Part shown: positions 45,944-57,900 of the stretch, in pieces
Layout: each line of letters starts with the position of its first letter
Position numbering within the stretch: position 1 is the stretch's first letter
Origin: a virus
Taxonomy: Duplodnaviria; Caudoviricetes
Direction: 5' to 3' (one strand)
DNA: 64,000 nucleotides
IMG/VR virus record: IMGVR_UViG_3300031418_000007
Program-made: the position numbers and the translations under genes
Notes under the pieces: generated by a model
Told to the model about the DNA's origin: nothing
The model's input: the letters and a program-made list of their open reading frames with translations, nothing else
Databases searched by the model: none

Positions 45944-48900
45944 TATTTATTACCTCTGTAGATGTTGATGAACTGGTCTTTAACTCCATAACTAAACTCG
46001 GTTAAGCACGCTTTGTTCCGCAAGCTGATAACCATACGTTTAAACATTGACTTGAAGCTGAACTTAAGAGGAACAGGACGACCATCCTCAGTGTGCATTT
46101 GGCGCTCGACAATGTGCCCCACAGTCCCCTTCATCTGGTTACCGTAAACAAATTTATCTGATACCGTTGCCGCACTCAGACCTTCAACGTAGATGCTCAC
46201 ACGAATACGACCATAAGGTATACTCGGTTGCTTCACGTTGATGCCGGTTCCCACTCGCATGCTGGTAGCCCCTTTACCCAAGAAGGTAGAAAGGTCACGC
46301 TGCTTCTTGTCATGCTCACGCACCAGTTTCTTCACAGAGTCGCTCATGTCCTCTTCCACAGCGTTATACGCAATTTCAATTGCGATAACTTCTCCGGCGT
46401 AGGAAGATTTAATTTGCTTGATGCCCGCTCGGTTAATTTCGTGAAGGATATCGTCATCACTTTCAAAGTTGTCGACATAACTATCCAAAACTTCGCATAA
46501 AATCGAGTCGAACTCAACCTTGTCACCAACCTTGCGACGGATCTTAATAGTTTCATCTGCATTAATGAAGAAGGTGAACTCTTTTGGTACCGGTGTAACG
46601 AACTCTTGTGCCAGTCCGCTCCAGAATTCCATGGAGTCCTCATAGACCGTTTGGTCTTCCATAAAGGCAGCGCGTGTCATGCGACCGGTCTTCACCGATA
46701 CCTGACCAGGACAATACGGGTCTTTAGCAAACCACTCATCATCCCACGCCAACACTTCACCTTCAGTAAACGTCTTACCTTCTTTCATATCCGAAATCAA
46801 CGTGTGACGATAGACCTCACCATCAGCACGACCTAATTTCAGACCCAGCTGGCAACTGTCAGTTGTACCATCGTCATACAACACGGTGATACCCTCTGAA
46901 GTAACCTTCGTAACCTTACCACCTTTCTTGGCCACCTTGGCAAAGGTTGGACCCAGGCGATGAGCAAAGAGGTTATCCTGCCCGGTACGAACAATGTTCG
47001 GAGTATAGTTCCTTGCAGAGATTGCATGGCTACTCTGAATACTGGCGAAGGAAGAACGTTTCGGGTCATCAAGACAAGTCCCGTACTTCAAGTTACCGAT
47101 CGAAGAAAGCAACTGGCTGTGTTCGGAATTTTCCTTGGTATCAACTGCACCACGGAAATCAGCAACGCGAGGATCACTTACGGTGTAGCCTACAAAGCCT
47201 ACCTTACCGTTATCCTTGTTTGCTTCAGCGATCACACCTTTATAAGACTTCAGCTGAGCACGCGTACGTTTCAGCATGGTCTGTTCGTCACGACCTTTGA
47301 AACCACCAAAGGTAATGTCTTCTTGAGACTTCGCAACGTGGAAAGGTGACATCTCTTTTACCAGGGCGGCAGAACTGTCGGTAATAATGTTGGTGATCAC
47401 TGCCTGTGGGTTAAGGTCAAACGTCTGGTTGCCTGTCTCGGTCTTGTTCTTGAACTGGCGGTTACTCTTACACAGCTCAGAATAGATGTGACTGACAAAA
47501 CGTTCGTAACCCACGATCAGCTGTTCCTCAATCTCAACCTCATGGGTTGTGAAGTCGGTTAACAACAGTTTGATCGCGTCGATTAACAGGTAATGGAAAC
47601 TGACGCTGTAGCCCATGTTCCGCAGGCGCACTTTGGTGATTGGATCAATGAAGAGGTCAAACATGTTCTTCATTTCGTTGAAGTGCTGCGGACGCACTTT
47701 TGGATCCGCCATCAACGGAACCCACACGCCACGACTGTTTAAGTCACTGCGCGAGAAGTTCATCATTCCGCCAAGCTTGGCCATACCGCCGAATACCAAA
47801 GCCGCAATCCCTTCACGTTTGCTAAAGATCAGTTGCTCATCGTTGAAGGTTAATGCGAACTCATCACCCGCCAGTTTATAACGTTGACCGGCTGGAATTG
47901 TGCGGTAAGTGGGTTTCAAGACCTTAAGGAGTTTATCGATGCCGAAGTAATAGCACAGCACCACACCCGCTGGAAACTTGTAACCGCCTACGTTGATCAC
48001 TGCGTGTTCAATCGGCGACTTACGCATGTCTACACCAATGAGCTCTTCAAACGACCCCATAGCGGTACCGTCAAGATAGACGACACCAAAGGTATCGATA
48101 GTCATTGGTTTACCGCGGTATTCACCCACCGGCCAGCTGTTTTCCTTTTGCAGAGATTTCCACTCAGGATGCAGCTTAATCAACGCGTCGGTATCGAAGT
48201 TGAACTCCAAACCAAACGGATCATCGTTGACTTTGATTAAACGGTATTTGCGGTTAAGCATGGTGACATAACGCGGGCACTTGATACTGCGATCAATCAG
48301 GTTGGCGTTGCTCACGGTAAGTTGCTTGGCTTCAGAACGCAAAGCGATCTGTCGGATCAACCACTGACCATAATCGTCCACAACCATTTCACTGCGGGTG
48401 ACGTTGACTTTCTTATCGTAATAAGAGGTCAGTACCACGCGGCGTTCATTGATCTTACGAATCGGCTTTTCGATACGTTGGAACTGGAAGTACTGCTTCA
48501 CGCCATCAACCAGAAACTCACCGTTTTCATCTACGGTAGGAATCGGGAAGGTACGTACAGCAGGTTTGCCTTTAACAGGCATCAGTTGCATGCGCAGAAC
48601 CTGATAGCTACCCTCAATGTCTTCTACTTGATCAATAGCGTAGTCACTGAGGATAATGCCGGCGTTCTGTAAGTTCAGTACCGCGGCTGCGATATCCTTG
48701 TGCATGAACTTCTTGGCGTAATCGTTACGCAGAGCCACCACACGTTGACGTAACATGGTTTTGTCACGCACCGTAGGGAAGTTACCCTTGATGTGTCCAC
48801 CGATATCCTTGAGTTCGTCTTCAGGGATCTGGATGAACTCTTCCAGTGTCTGACCATTTGGCATGACGATCTTCTGGAAGCTTTTGGCTTTCTCTTCGTA

Positions 48901-50313
48901 ATAGGCTTTCTGACGTACAGTCAGTGTGCCTTCACGCGCCATCTCTTCCAACGCAAGATTGATCCCCGCGGTAGGGGTTTCAAAGACGTCCTTGATCGTA
49001 CTGATCGCCTCACTGACCACCGCTGGCTCTAGCGCATAGTCATTGATCGGACTTAGCCAATCGAGTTCTACCGACTCACCTTCTCCGCTTCCAGCTTCAG
49101 TGCCGGGTTCTGTTCCATCAGCTTCAGGCGACGTTGCTGTTCCTCCCGGTACTCCCACTGAGCCTGTTGCATCATGCGGGCTTCCCGTAGCTCCATCGGT
49201 TCCTGATGACTTAGAAGTATCTTCTTTATTAGTCCGGAAAAGATCGACAAGATCAACATGGTTAGAAGAAGTTTCTTCAGACTCATCCTTGCCAGCTTGG
49301 CCTTGGCCAGGGCGTCCGGATTGTGTTTGATTTTGTCCAGTGCGATCGTTCGGAGTGTCTCCCTCTCCTTCAACCAGTTCTCCACTGACTTGTTCTTCAT
49401 TGCTCTGCTCCAGCGCAGCATCTGACGAAGAACCGTTAACCAAGTTAATAAGGTTAAGATAAATACGCTTAACGGCGTTCTCAACTTTAGCAGGCTTAGT
49501 CCAAATCGGTTCCAGCCACGATAACAATAGACCTGCATTAATAATCCACACACGGCTATTGGAGCAGAACATGAATTGAACACTGTTTAACGTGTCGCGA
49601 TCCAAGTGTGCAAACTGTGTGTGTTCCTTGTCACCCCGTAACCACATCAGTAAATCTAACAGCCAGTAGCAGTTCTCTGCCTTGGTTGCACGAAGTACTG
49701 TGTTGTCGACGTTTGGTTTTCCATCCTTGAAAGATTTCTTATAACGTGCTGAATCTTCGGTCAGCATCTTAAAGCTCGGCATGTTCACCGGAAGATCAAA
49801 GCGAACAAACTGCTGCCGTTGGCTGTGATTCTTGCCCGTTTCATTAACACTGTTAATAAGCAGGTTAAAGGCGTTGTAAGCTTTAATGAATTGCAGGAAC
49901 AGGTTAGCCGTGTAGCGAAAGGTGCGGAATGCCATGGCGTGGTTCTGCACAACCAGGTTTCTTTCCATGCGATACGCAAAACCCAGATCCTTGGCCCACT
50001 TGTACTGATAGAAACGGTTACGGTAAAACTTGATCGCCGGCTGTGGATTAAACACCACGTTGTGACCTGCACCCAGTACAGGAGAGAAGCCCAGCTGGAA
50101 ATCAATGTAAACGTCGCCCGGATAGTTACTGATAAACGCTTCAGGGTACCCAGGACCTTCATCCTGATCATGCGTTGGCATGTAGTGGATAACCGCACCC
50201 TTTGGCAGTACGACGTCACCTACAGCGTGATAGCGCGGTGCAAGGAGGTCGTTCTTTTTACGTAGAACAAAGGCTTTGTAAAACTCGTTGTACGTGTGTA
50301 AACGTTGGGTCAT
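45943..50313 (-). CDS. Virion RNA polymerase beta subunit, N-terminal part (phiKZ gp178-like)
   Basis: FLVDGVKQYFQFQ, EANKDNGKVG, DDPKRSSFASIQSSH and DKFVYGNQMKG beta-like motifs. Confidence 0.9.
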   Translation of the reverse strand: MTQRLHTYNEFYKAFVLRKKNDLLAPRYHAVGDVVLPKGAVIHYMPTHDQDEGPGYPEAFISNYPGDVYIDFQLGFSPVLGAGHNVVFNPQPAIKFYRNRFYQYKWAKDLGFAYRMERNLVVQNHAMAFRTFRYTANLFLQFIKAYNAFNLLINSVNETGKNHSQRQQFVRFDLPVNMPSFKMLTEDSARYKKSFKDGKPNVDNTVLRATKAENCYWLLDLLMWLRGDKEHTQFAHLDRDTLNSVQFMFCSNSRVWIINAGLLLSWLEPIWTKPAKVENAVKRIYLNLINLVNGSSSDAALEQSNEEQVSGELVEGEGDTPNDRTGQNQTQSGRPGQGQAGKDESEETSSNHVDLVDLFRTNKEDTSKSSGTDGATGSPHDATGSVGVPGGTATSPEADGTEPGTEAGSGEGESVELDWLSPINDYALEPAVVSEAISTIKDVFETPTAGINLALEEMAREGTLTVRQKAYYEEKAKSFQKIVMPNGQTLEEFIQIPEDELKDIGGHIKGNFPTVRDKTMLRQRVVALRNDYAKKFMHKDIAAAVLNLQNAGIILSDYAIDQVEDIEGSYQVLRMQLMPVKGKPAVRTFPIPTVDENGEFLVDGVKQYFQFQRIEKPIRKINERRVVLTSYYDKKVNVTRSEMVVDDYGQWLIRQIALRSEAKQLTVSNANLIDRSIKCPRYVTMLNRKYRLIKVNDDPFGLEFNFDTDALIKLHPEWKSLQKENSWPVGEYRGKPMTIDTFGVVYLDGTAMGSFEELIGVDMRKSPIEHAVINVGGYKFPAGVVLCYYFGIDKLLKVLKPTYRTIPAGQRYKLAGDEFALTFNDEQLIFSKREGIAALVFGGMAKLGGMMNFSRSDLNSRGVWVPLMADPKVRPQHFNEMKNMFDLFIDPITKVRLRNMGYSVSFHYLLIDAIKLLLTDFTTHEVEIEEQLIVGYERFVSHIYSELCKSNRQFKNKTETGNQTFDLNPQAVITNIITDSSAALVKEMSPFHVAKSQEDITFGGFKGRDEQTMLKRTRAQLKSYKGVIAEANKDNGKVGFVGYTVSDPRVADFRGAVDTKENSEHSQLLSSIGNLKYGTCLDDPKRSSFASIQSSHAISARNYTPNIVRTGQDNLFAHRLGPTFAKVAKKGGKVTKVTSEGITVLYDDGTTDSCQLGLKLGRADGEVYRHTLISDMKEGKTFTEGEVLAWDDEWFAKDPYCPGQVSVKTGRMTRAAFMEDQTVYEDSMEFWSGLAQEFVTPVPKEFTFFINADETIKIRRKVGDKVEFDSILCEVLDSYVDNFESDDDILHEINRAGIKQIKSSYAGEVIAIEIAYNAVEEDMSDSVKKLVREHDKKQRDLSTFLGKGATSMRVGTGINVKQPSIPYGRIRVSIYVEGLSAATVSDKFVYGNQMKGTVGHIVERQMHTEDGRPVPLKFSFKSMFKRMVISLRNKACLTEFSYGVKDQFINIYRGNK

Positions 50314-51935
50314 GATTTCAATCCACTTGTTGCAGCTTTCAACAAGAACACCACTGGCTCGGATAGCGGGTCATACAAGAACTCACCGCTGCCGTCGATG
50401 TAATAGTCACGACGACTGAATAACTGCCTTACCTCTTCCTTGCTCTCTTCCGTACACAAGCCGTTACAACCTAACTGGTCACCATCGTGGTCACCATCCA
50501 GTCCCGAGATACGGGTGGGGTCAACGGACAACGAGTCAAAGAAGTCGACCCGTTCTGCTTTGTGGGGATAGTTGTTAACCTTGGTGATTACTTCACCATA
50601 AGGCGAAACAATAAGGCGGGACTTCGCACCTTGAATCGTCTTTAAATTAACGTAGCTTGGATAGATAGAGCCGATACCGATAATGGGGTAACGTGTCTGC
50701 TGTATCATGTTGGAAACAATGGCGTCATGACAGTAAATATAGAAGAGCTCCACGTAGGTCAGTGGAGTAACGTATTTACGATCACGATCTGCCGGTAATT
50801 CTTCAATATCAAACAACACCATAACTTCCTTGCCGTCATCATAGACCAGGGCGAGGTAGCATTTATTAATGGTGATGGGTTTGAAACGAAGGTCTTGAGC
50901 TTTGAAGCCGTTGAAGAGTTTCACCAAACCTTCTACTGTGGTCCACTTATCGATCACCGCAGGGTTCAGTTCTTCATAGGTATAACTCAAGGTTTTCGGA
51001 TCGATCAACTTGACGTTGTTGGATCCCAGAGTAAACACGTGCTCAATAAAGTTCTTCATGAGAGAGTGAATACAGGAATACTGGAAGTTCATCAAACCCT
51101 GATACAAGCCAATGTCTGATGAGTTAGGGTTTACACCGTCGTCTTCATCCAGGTCACTACGTGATACTTTTCGCGCCGTCAGAATGTTACGTACACCGCC
51201 AACCACACCACGGGTTGCTAACTTGCCTTGAAGAATACCACCCTTGCCATCCAGCGTGTCAAAGAGATAGTCATCAATAGTGTTAACCGCACTTTGAATA
51301 CCCCAGCGTACGTTGTCATACAGCGGGTTAGTTTCATCGCCAGCAGGAATATTTTGAACCGCACGCGTTTTAAACATCAACTTACGGTAGAGTTCGTTGA
51401 TCTCGGGTTCAGTGACTTTGGTAGAATCGCCAGAAGGGGTAAACTCGACGTCTCGCAGTCCAGCAGGAATAACCAACATGCGAGTGTGAAGAGCGTAGTC
51501 GAATTTCTCTTTTACAATGGTGATACGTTGCTTACGGCGGGACGAGGCATTCTCTTTCGGATCCAGTTCACCGAAGTGTTGCATAAAGAAAGCGAAACCC
51601 GTTTCACCGTCCAGGATGTTGGATTTTATGAAGTCTTTCTCGCCAGCGTCCCATACGGCATATGTCGCTCCTTTGATAATCCCTAAGTAAAGGGATTTAA
51701 GCTTAACCAGAGCATCAAAGTACGTGGGGTTAAAGATAGGTAAGTAGGTTCTGATAAACGCTTCCGTTGTGTCACGTTTATCAGTGCCTACCCGCCCGAA
51801 GATTTCCACAGAGTACAATCCATCAGGATTCAGGTTCTGTGTCATCCCTTCAAAGCTGTCCGTGGACGATACCTCTCCGTACAGTCCGGGAACGATGCTT
51901 TTCGGGTCTAATAAAGACACGTTAGTGGGTTTCAT
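50310..51935 (-). CDS. Virion RNA polymerase beta' catalytic subunit (phiKZ gp180-like)
   Basis: DGDHDGD Mg-binding motif; GLYSVEIFG; TRYP. Confidence 0.9.
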   Translation of the reverse strand: MKPTNVSLLDPKSIVPGLYGEVSSTDSFEGMTQNLNPDGLYSVEIFGRVGTDKRDTTEAFIRTYLPIFNPTYFDALVKLKSLYLGIIKGATYAVWDAGEKDFIKSNILDGETGFAFFMQHFGELDPKENASSRRKQRITIVKEKFDYALHTRMLVIPAGLRDVEFTPSGDSTKVTEPEINELYRKLMFKTRAVQNIPAGDETNPLYDNVRWGIQSAVNTIDDYLFDTLDGKGGILQGKLATRGVVGGVRNILTARKVSRSDLDEDDGVNPNSSDIGLYQGLMNFQYSCIHSLMKNFIEHVFTLGSNNVKLIDPKTLSYTYEELNPAVIDKWTTVEGLVKLFNGFKAQDLRFKPITINKCYLALVYDDGKEVMVLFDIEELPADRDRKYVTPLTYVELFYIYCHDAIVSNMIQQTRYPIIGIGSIYPSYVNLKTIQGAKSRLIVSPYGEVITKVNNYPHKAERVDFFDSLSVDPTRISGLDGDHDGDQLGCNGLCTEESKEEVRQLFSRRDYYIDGSGEFLYDPLSEPVVFLLKAATSGLKS

Positions 51936-51959
51936 TAAAAACTCCTAAGAGGTTTTAGT

Positions 51960-54900
51960 ATGAGTGATAATTTTGAGTTTGACGACCCCTTTGATGGAGA
52001 TCTTAATTTCGATTCTGACTTTGATTCTGGTAAAAAAGGGTCCAAGTTAAAATCGTTCGCCATAGGATTTCTGGGTGGGGCAAAAGATGCACTCGTCGGT
52101 AGCACAGATGCGAAACTGAAAACAGTTAAAATGGCACTTCCCGAGTCGTTTAACGGGACGTTTCAATTCATCAATGACACACGACGAATCTACTCAGATA
52201 TCAAGGAAGAAGTCAAAAAGGGTACTGCGGACTCGATGAGAGACTTGCAGTACCTGGTGGGTCAGAAAGAGGACGCTATAAAGTCTAAGCTTCCTAGTAG
52301 CCTGTCTAACAAAATTGACGAGTTCTCGAAATACGACTTCTCTAACTGGGATAACAGTAGTTCGAGTGGCTCAAGTGACAAAGATGGGATGGAACAAACA
52401 TCCGATCAAGACGTCACCGATGTGGTAGAGGCTACACGCGCCAGCAGCATGATGACGATGACCGGACTCCGCTCATTGGGTCGTGAGATCACTGACGCGT
52501 TAATAGTCACAGGTGGAGCGCAGAACGCCAACTTGCAGGGTATCGCAGTAGGTATTGCCAAAACCAACGGCTACTTGAAACAGATGGTGGATTATCAGGT
52601 CAAAGTGCAGTCGCGCAATGACGCAATGAAAATCAACCTCCTTGCCCGTATCCATCTCACCAATGCCAAGTTCTACAAATTCATGGAAGCGGCTAACCAT
52701 CGGTTAATCACTGAAGTGAAGGATGTGGCGAAGTTCAGCAGAATGCCTGACTTCCAGAAGATGTCCATGGGTGATGAAGTTCGTAAACGCATCCGGGGTT
52801 CTTTCTTTAATACCATGCGTGGTGGTGCCGGCGGGATCATGGGACTCATCAATGACCGCGTGGGTGCAGCAGCCCGTCAAAACGGTTATTACGGTTTAAA
52901 CAATCTCACCAGCCAGTTATCCATGGTGGGGGGAATGACCGACGGGATGAGCTCACGTGACTTGTCTGAGATGATGGGGAGCATGGTAGGTGGCAGCATG
53001 ATTGATGCTTTACCTCGCCTGTTAAAAGGCAAAGGTGGGGACAAACTGCGTGCCCGTTTCGCCAAAGCTTTCCCAGAGTTCTCCAAGAAGGTAGGGGGGC
53101 AGTACGACAAGCTCAACACCATGGGTCATCAGATGTCGTACGGTCTGAATAACCTGGAGGGTTTGTTCAACACGCTGAGCGCTAACTATCAGGGCGGTAG
53201 CCTGTTTGGTGACGATGACGAGACGCAGACTTATGCGGACTACAAGGCGTCATTGCCGCAGGGTGAAAAGCCCGTGCCTGAGTTCGTGTGGAAATCACAA
53301 CGCTGGCTGAAGAAGAACGCGAACAAAGGTTTAGGGGTCGTACTGGATAACACGTACGGTTCCAACAAAACCAAGTATGACCTCAAAGGCCGTACTTACG
53401 CGGACGGTGCTGAAGCCCACGTCTATACCCGTCAAACCGACCGCAGTATCAATGAGATCTTCCCTGCCTGGTTCTCTCGTATTCACCTCTCCTTAGAGAA
53501 AATGCGTACCGGCAATAACAACCTGCAACCAGAAACCTACGACTGGACTAAAGGCAAGTTCATCACGGCCAAAGGTGCCAAGGCTATGGCGCTGCGTGAG
53601 GTCTACGGATCTCAGGTGTTGGGAAGTGCGGTGTACAGTTCCAAAGCAGCGGCTGATGTAGTAGATGAAAAGGGTGTGTTAACTGACAAAGCCAAACAGG
53701 AGTTAGGTTTCCAGTTAGCCAAAAAGTCTGATTCTGGTATGGGGTTCTCACCGTATCATTTATTAAACCTGGAGAAGGATGGGGTTGATCCCAAGATTGC
53801 TGAAGAGATCCGTGCGATGACACTGGAGAACTTCGGCATCTCGCCTGAACAGATTGATCGTTTCCAAAACGGTAACGATGCAGACCGTGCTAAGTTGTTG
53901 GCGGTAATGACAGGTAAAGGTGCAGCACTGGCCAACAAAGCCCTGCCATTTGTCCAGGATATCAAACGTGGTATCTATGACACCAACGACAACATCGATC
54001 GGTTACGTAACTCAGGTCACTACCAGGCGTTGCGTGATGCTGGCGTCATCATCACTAGGAATGGGCGCGAAGAGATTGATGATGAGAAAATGTGGAAGAT
54101 GTTCCGCATGCAGCAAACCGACGAGAACTTCGACAAGAAGCTGCGCGGAGAGCAAGAAAAAGGTTATGACGTTGAACAAGGTGAAACCGTTAACCAACGC
54201 GGCGGTGTTACCAACAACAACGTTAATAACAACTTCGGCGACCTCACCACAACCTTAACTGAACTCAACCAAACCATTAAGAATGGTTCAGGTGGTGTCA
54301 GCGGGGGCGGTGTTAACTATTCCCAGAGCTTGAGCATGGTCAATACCCAGCTCGATAAACTCATCGGAATACAAACCAGTCACACCGACCTGTTCCAAAA
54401 GATCCTGGAAAAACAACCTGGGATTATCCGTCGCTCTAAACGTGAGCAGAAGGAAGAGGAGCAGGGTAAGAAATCACTGTTGGATCGTATCAAGGGTATC
54501 TCGCCTCGGAACCTGTTTAATAAAGGTGTTGAAACCTTGTTGAATAATGAGCCGTTGATCTTGGGTGGTTTGTTAGGTGGCTTGGGCGCATATGCGTTAC
54601 ATGATCCCAAAGCAGCAGCGCTGGTAGGTGCAGGTGGTCTGGCCATGGCGGGTTACTCCAAACTCCGTTCAATGAATGCCAACCGCTTCGCGGATACCGA
54701 AGACCTGTATGAAAACCCGGGTGATGAAGAACCGTTGCTCAGCGGCGAACGTCTGCGGAAAGGGGACTACTTCGACAGTGCCACCCGTAAGGTATTGAAA
54801 ACCTGGAATGACGTGAGTTCGGCAGTGATCGATGCAGCTGGAAACGTTGTTGCCTCTGCGCGTCAGTTAGCTCAGAAACTGTTTGGTGTTGATGGTCGTG

Positions 54901-57900
54901 CGCGTCTGCTGCGTGGCTTAAACAAAATGCGTGAACTCGGCATGAAGCTGTTTAACGCAATTGACCCGTTTGGTCGTGCATCTAAAGCCGGCAAAGCAGT
55001 GATGACCCGCTTCTATCAGATGGATGTATTCCGTCAGGGTGAAAAGTCTCCTGTGCTGTTAGGCAAGAAGATGGGTAAAGGCTGGTATTACAAGCTGGAT
55101 GCCAACGGCAAAGCTGAAGAGATCAAAGGCTGGAATGAGATTGATGGCCCGGTCTATGATAAGGAAGGCGAATGCTTGATTACCCAAGATGACTACGATC
55201 GCGGTCTGGTCACCTCTATGGGTACCAACATCAACAAACTGGGTGAGTTAAGCAAACGTGCCGGAATCTTTGGTCTAGACCTGTTAGGCAAAGCCAAGGA
55301 CCGTGCTGTTGCCGGTGGCAAGAAAGCCTACGACAAAACAGCCAGCATGATCAAAGCCGACTATTCTCCGATCGTGAACTCGGTGGACCGTATCTATCAT
55401 TTACTGTGCCAGAAGTTTGGTATGGAACCGCAGGACATTGGTCTGCTTGAAAAGATGGATGTGGTGAAACACCTGCAAGATCAACACGCGCCGAAAGAAG
55501 ATGAAGAAGCCAAGAAAGATGGCATTCGTCTGAACTCACTGGAAGATGAGAAACGTCAGGCCAAGGAGAAGAAATCCGAGGCGGTTCAAGACGCTATCAT
55601 TAATATCAGTGATTCTCTCGGCGGTATCGCGAACAAGAAAGAAGAGAAGAAGAAACCCAAAGGTCTTCTCGGCTTGCTGTTTGGTGGTGTGGGTCTGGTT
55701 AAAGGGTTTATGGAGAAACTGTTTGGCAAAACCCTGATGAACGGTTTAGGAACACTGTTTAAGTTTGCAGGCGTGGGCTTGAAATCACTGCCGTTGATTG
55801 GTGGCGGCATTACCAAGCTGGCAAGCTTCTTCACGGGCGGGGGTCGAGATCCAGGTGTCGAGGATCTGATCAACGAAGGTGGAGAGGGAGCAGGTTCTGG
55901 TGAGCGTGAAGGTGAAACCCGCAAAGAGCGCAAGGAACGTGAGCGCAAGAAGAAAGCCAACCGTGAACGGCGTGAACGTGAACGTGCTGATCGCTTACGT
56001 GGCGGCGGTGGTACGGATGAGGATCTTGAGCGTGATCTGCGCAACCAGGGTCGCCGTCGCCGTGTGCGTCGTGGTCGTCGCTTTGGCGGACTGCGCAATG
56101 CTGCGCGCGGACTGGGTGCGATGAATCCCCGTACTGCAATCTTGAAAGCCGGTTTGTTGTATGCCGGGGGTCAAGCAGCAGGTGAACTGATGGACAACGA
56201 CACGCTGAGTACCGCAGGGAATGTCTTGGCGGGTTATTCAGTGGCTTCTTCTCTGGCAGGGGCGGTGGGTGTTGACATCGGTGTGGGTGCATTGGCTAGC
56301 GCCGCAGGTACAGGCTTGGCTGCTGCGGGTACCGCTGCTGCAACAGTGCTGGCGTCACCGGTGGTGTTGGCAGGGTTAGCCGTTGCCGGTGCGGGTCTGG
56401 CGGGCTACGGGATCTATAAGTGGTATACCAAAGGCAAGTACCGTCAGGTTGATATTCGTTTTGCCCAATACGGTCTTGAAGATCCAGACTGTGACTTAGG
56501 TAAAAAGATCTTCTCGATTGAACAGCTGCTGGTCAAGCACGTCGTGATCAACAACGGGTCTGCTTCTTTCTCCACGGATACACCGATTCAACAGGTGTTC
56601 CAGTTACTGCAAGCCGGCACCGATGGCAAGCAGAACGGTGAGATGGGAGATATCTTTAGTTGGTTCAATGGTCGTTTCAAACCGGTGTTCCTGACGTACA
56701 TGTCGTGTCTTGACACCTTGCGCATCAAGAGCCTGGAAGAGTTCGACAAGCTTACTGATAAGAAAGCCTATGACATCGCCTATCAGGCATCACAGGCCAT
56801 TGCGGCAATTCAACCGTCTCCTTATGTGGTTACGCCGAGCATTGATCCACACGATAAGCTCATGGCGCAGGATGAAACCGTGGCAACCGTGGGCAAATAC
56901 CTTCAGGAACTCAAGAAGTATTTGAGCAGCAGCGATGACGCTACCGTCAGAGATGTTGCCTTGAAAGTAGAGAGCAAAGAGGGACTGGAGAAAGAGAAAA
57001 CCGCTCTCCAGGAGAAACTCAAGAACACCAGCTTCTGGGGTCTTGATGGTAAAACTGGCTTTATGGAACAGCGCCAGGCCAAGTCTCGCCTCAAAGAGAT
57101 TGATGAAGAAGTCAGTAAGATGAACGACGCTTACGGACAGGGCAAAGTTGCCGGTACTGTTGATGTCAAGGACCTGATCCCTGAAAACGGCATTATCGAT
57201 CCATTCACGTTGATTCGTTTCAACGCCTATGGTGTATCGCTGAGCTTTGGCAAAGAGTTTGGTGTGGAAACATTCCCGACGTGGAAGTTCCAGGCTATTG
57301 CTCACCTTGAACGTCGTGTCGAAGGCATGATTAAAATCATTGGTAAAGATGCACGCTTCCTGGGTAAAACCGGTGACCTCTTTAATGAGTTCAAAGCGGC
57401 CTTCCGAATCAAAGATGACAAAGCCAACGACTGGTGTCTGTGGTTCCGTGATCGCTTCCTGCCGGTGCTTATGAACTACTATAAGCTCTACAACGGATAC
57501 GGTAACGGCGCGCCAGGCACGGGCTGGATGAACCTCACAGCCACGGCGAAGTATCAGATTGTTCTGGGACTTATCGACACCCGCATTGTTACACCAAAGA
57601 AAACCTTTATCCCGATCTGGAGTGTGCGCACTTCTCCGTTCAGTGAAGGTATCTCTGTAGGTAAACTGCCGGAAGTTGATAAGCTTGTTAATGCGCTGCA
57701 AGAACTGAGTAACCGGGCTAAACTCCGTAACCCTATTCTTGAAGCACAACAGACCAGTGCCAAACAGTTGGTGAACCAAACTACTGCTCACGCCGTAGGG
57801 GGTGCATCTACTGATAAACTCAGTGCGGGCGGTAATCCTCAGAACCGCAATGATCTGGCAATGGATACCCAGTTCACCATGCCACAGCAGAACTATGCGC

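Noticed and set aside
45943-51935. Introns or inteins in the RNAP genes, common in related phages
   Set aside because: Both frames are continuous, with no splice-junction or homing-endonuclease motifs.
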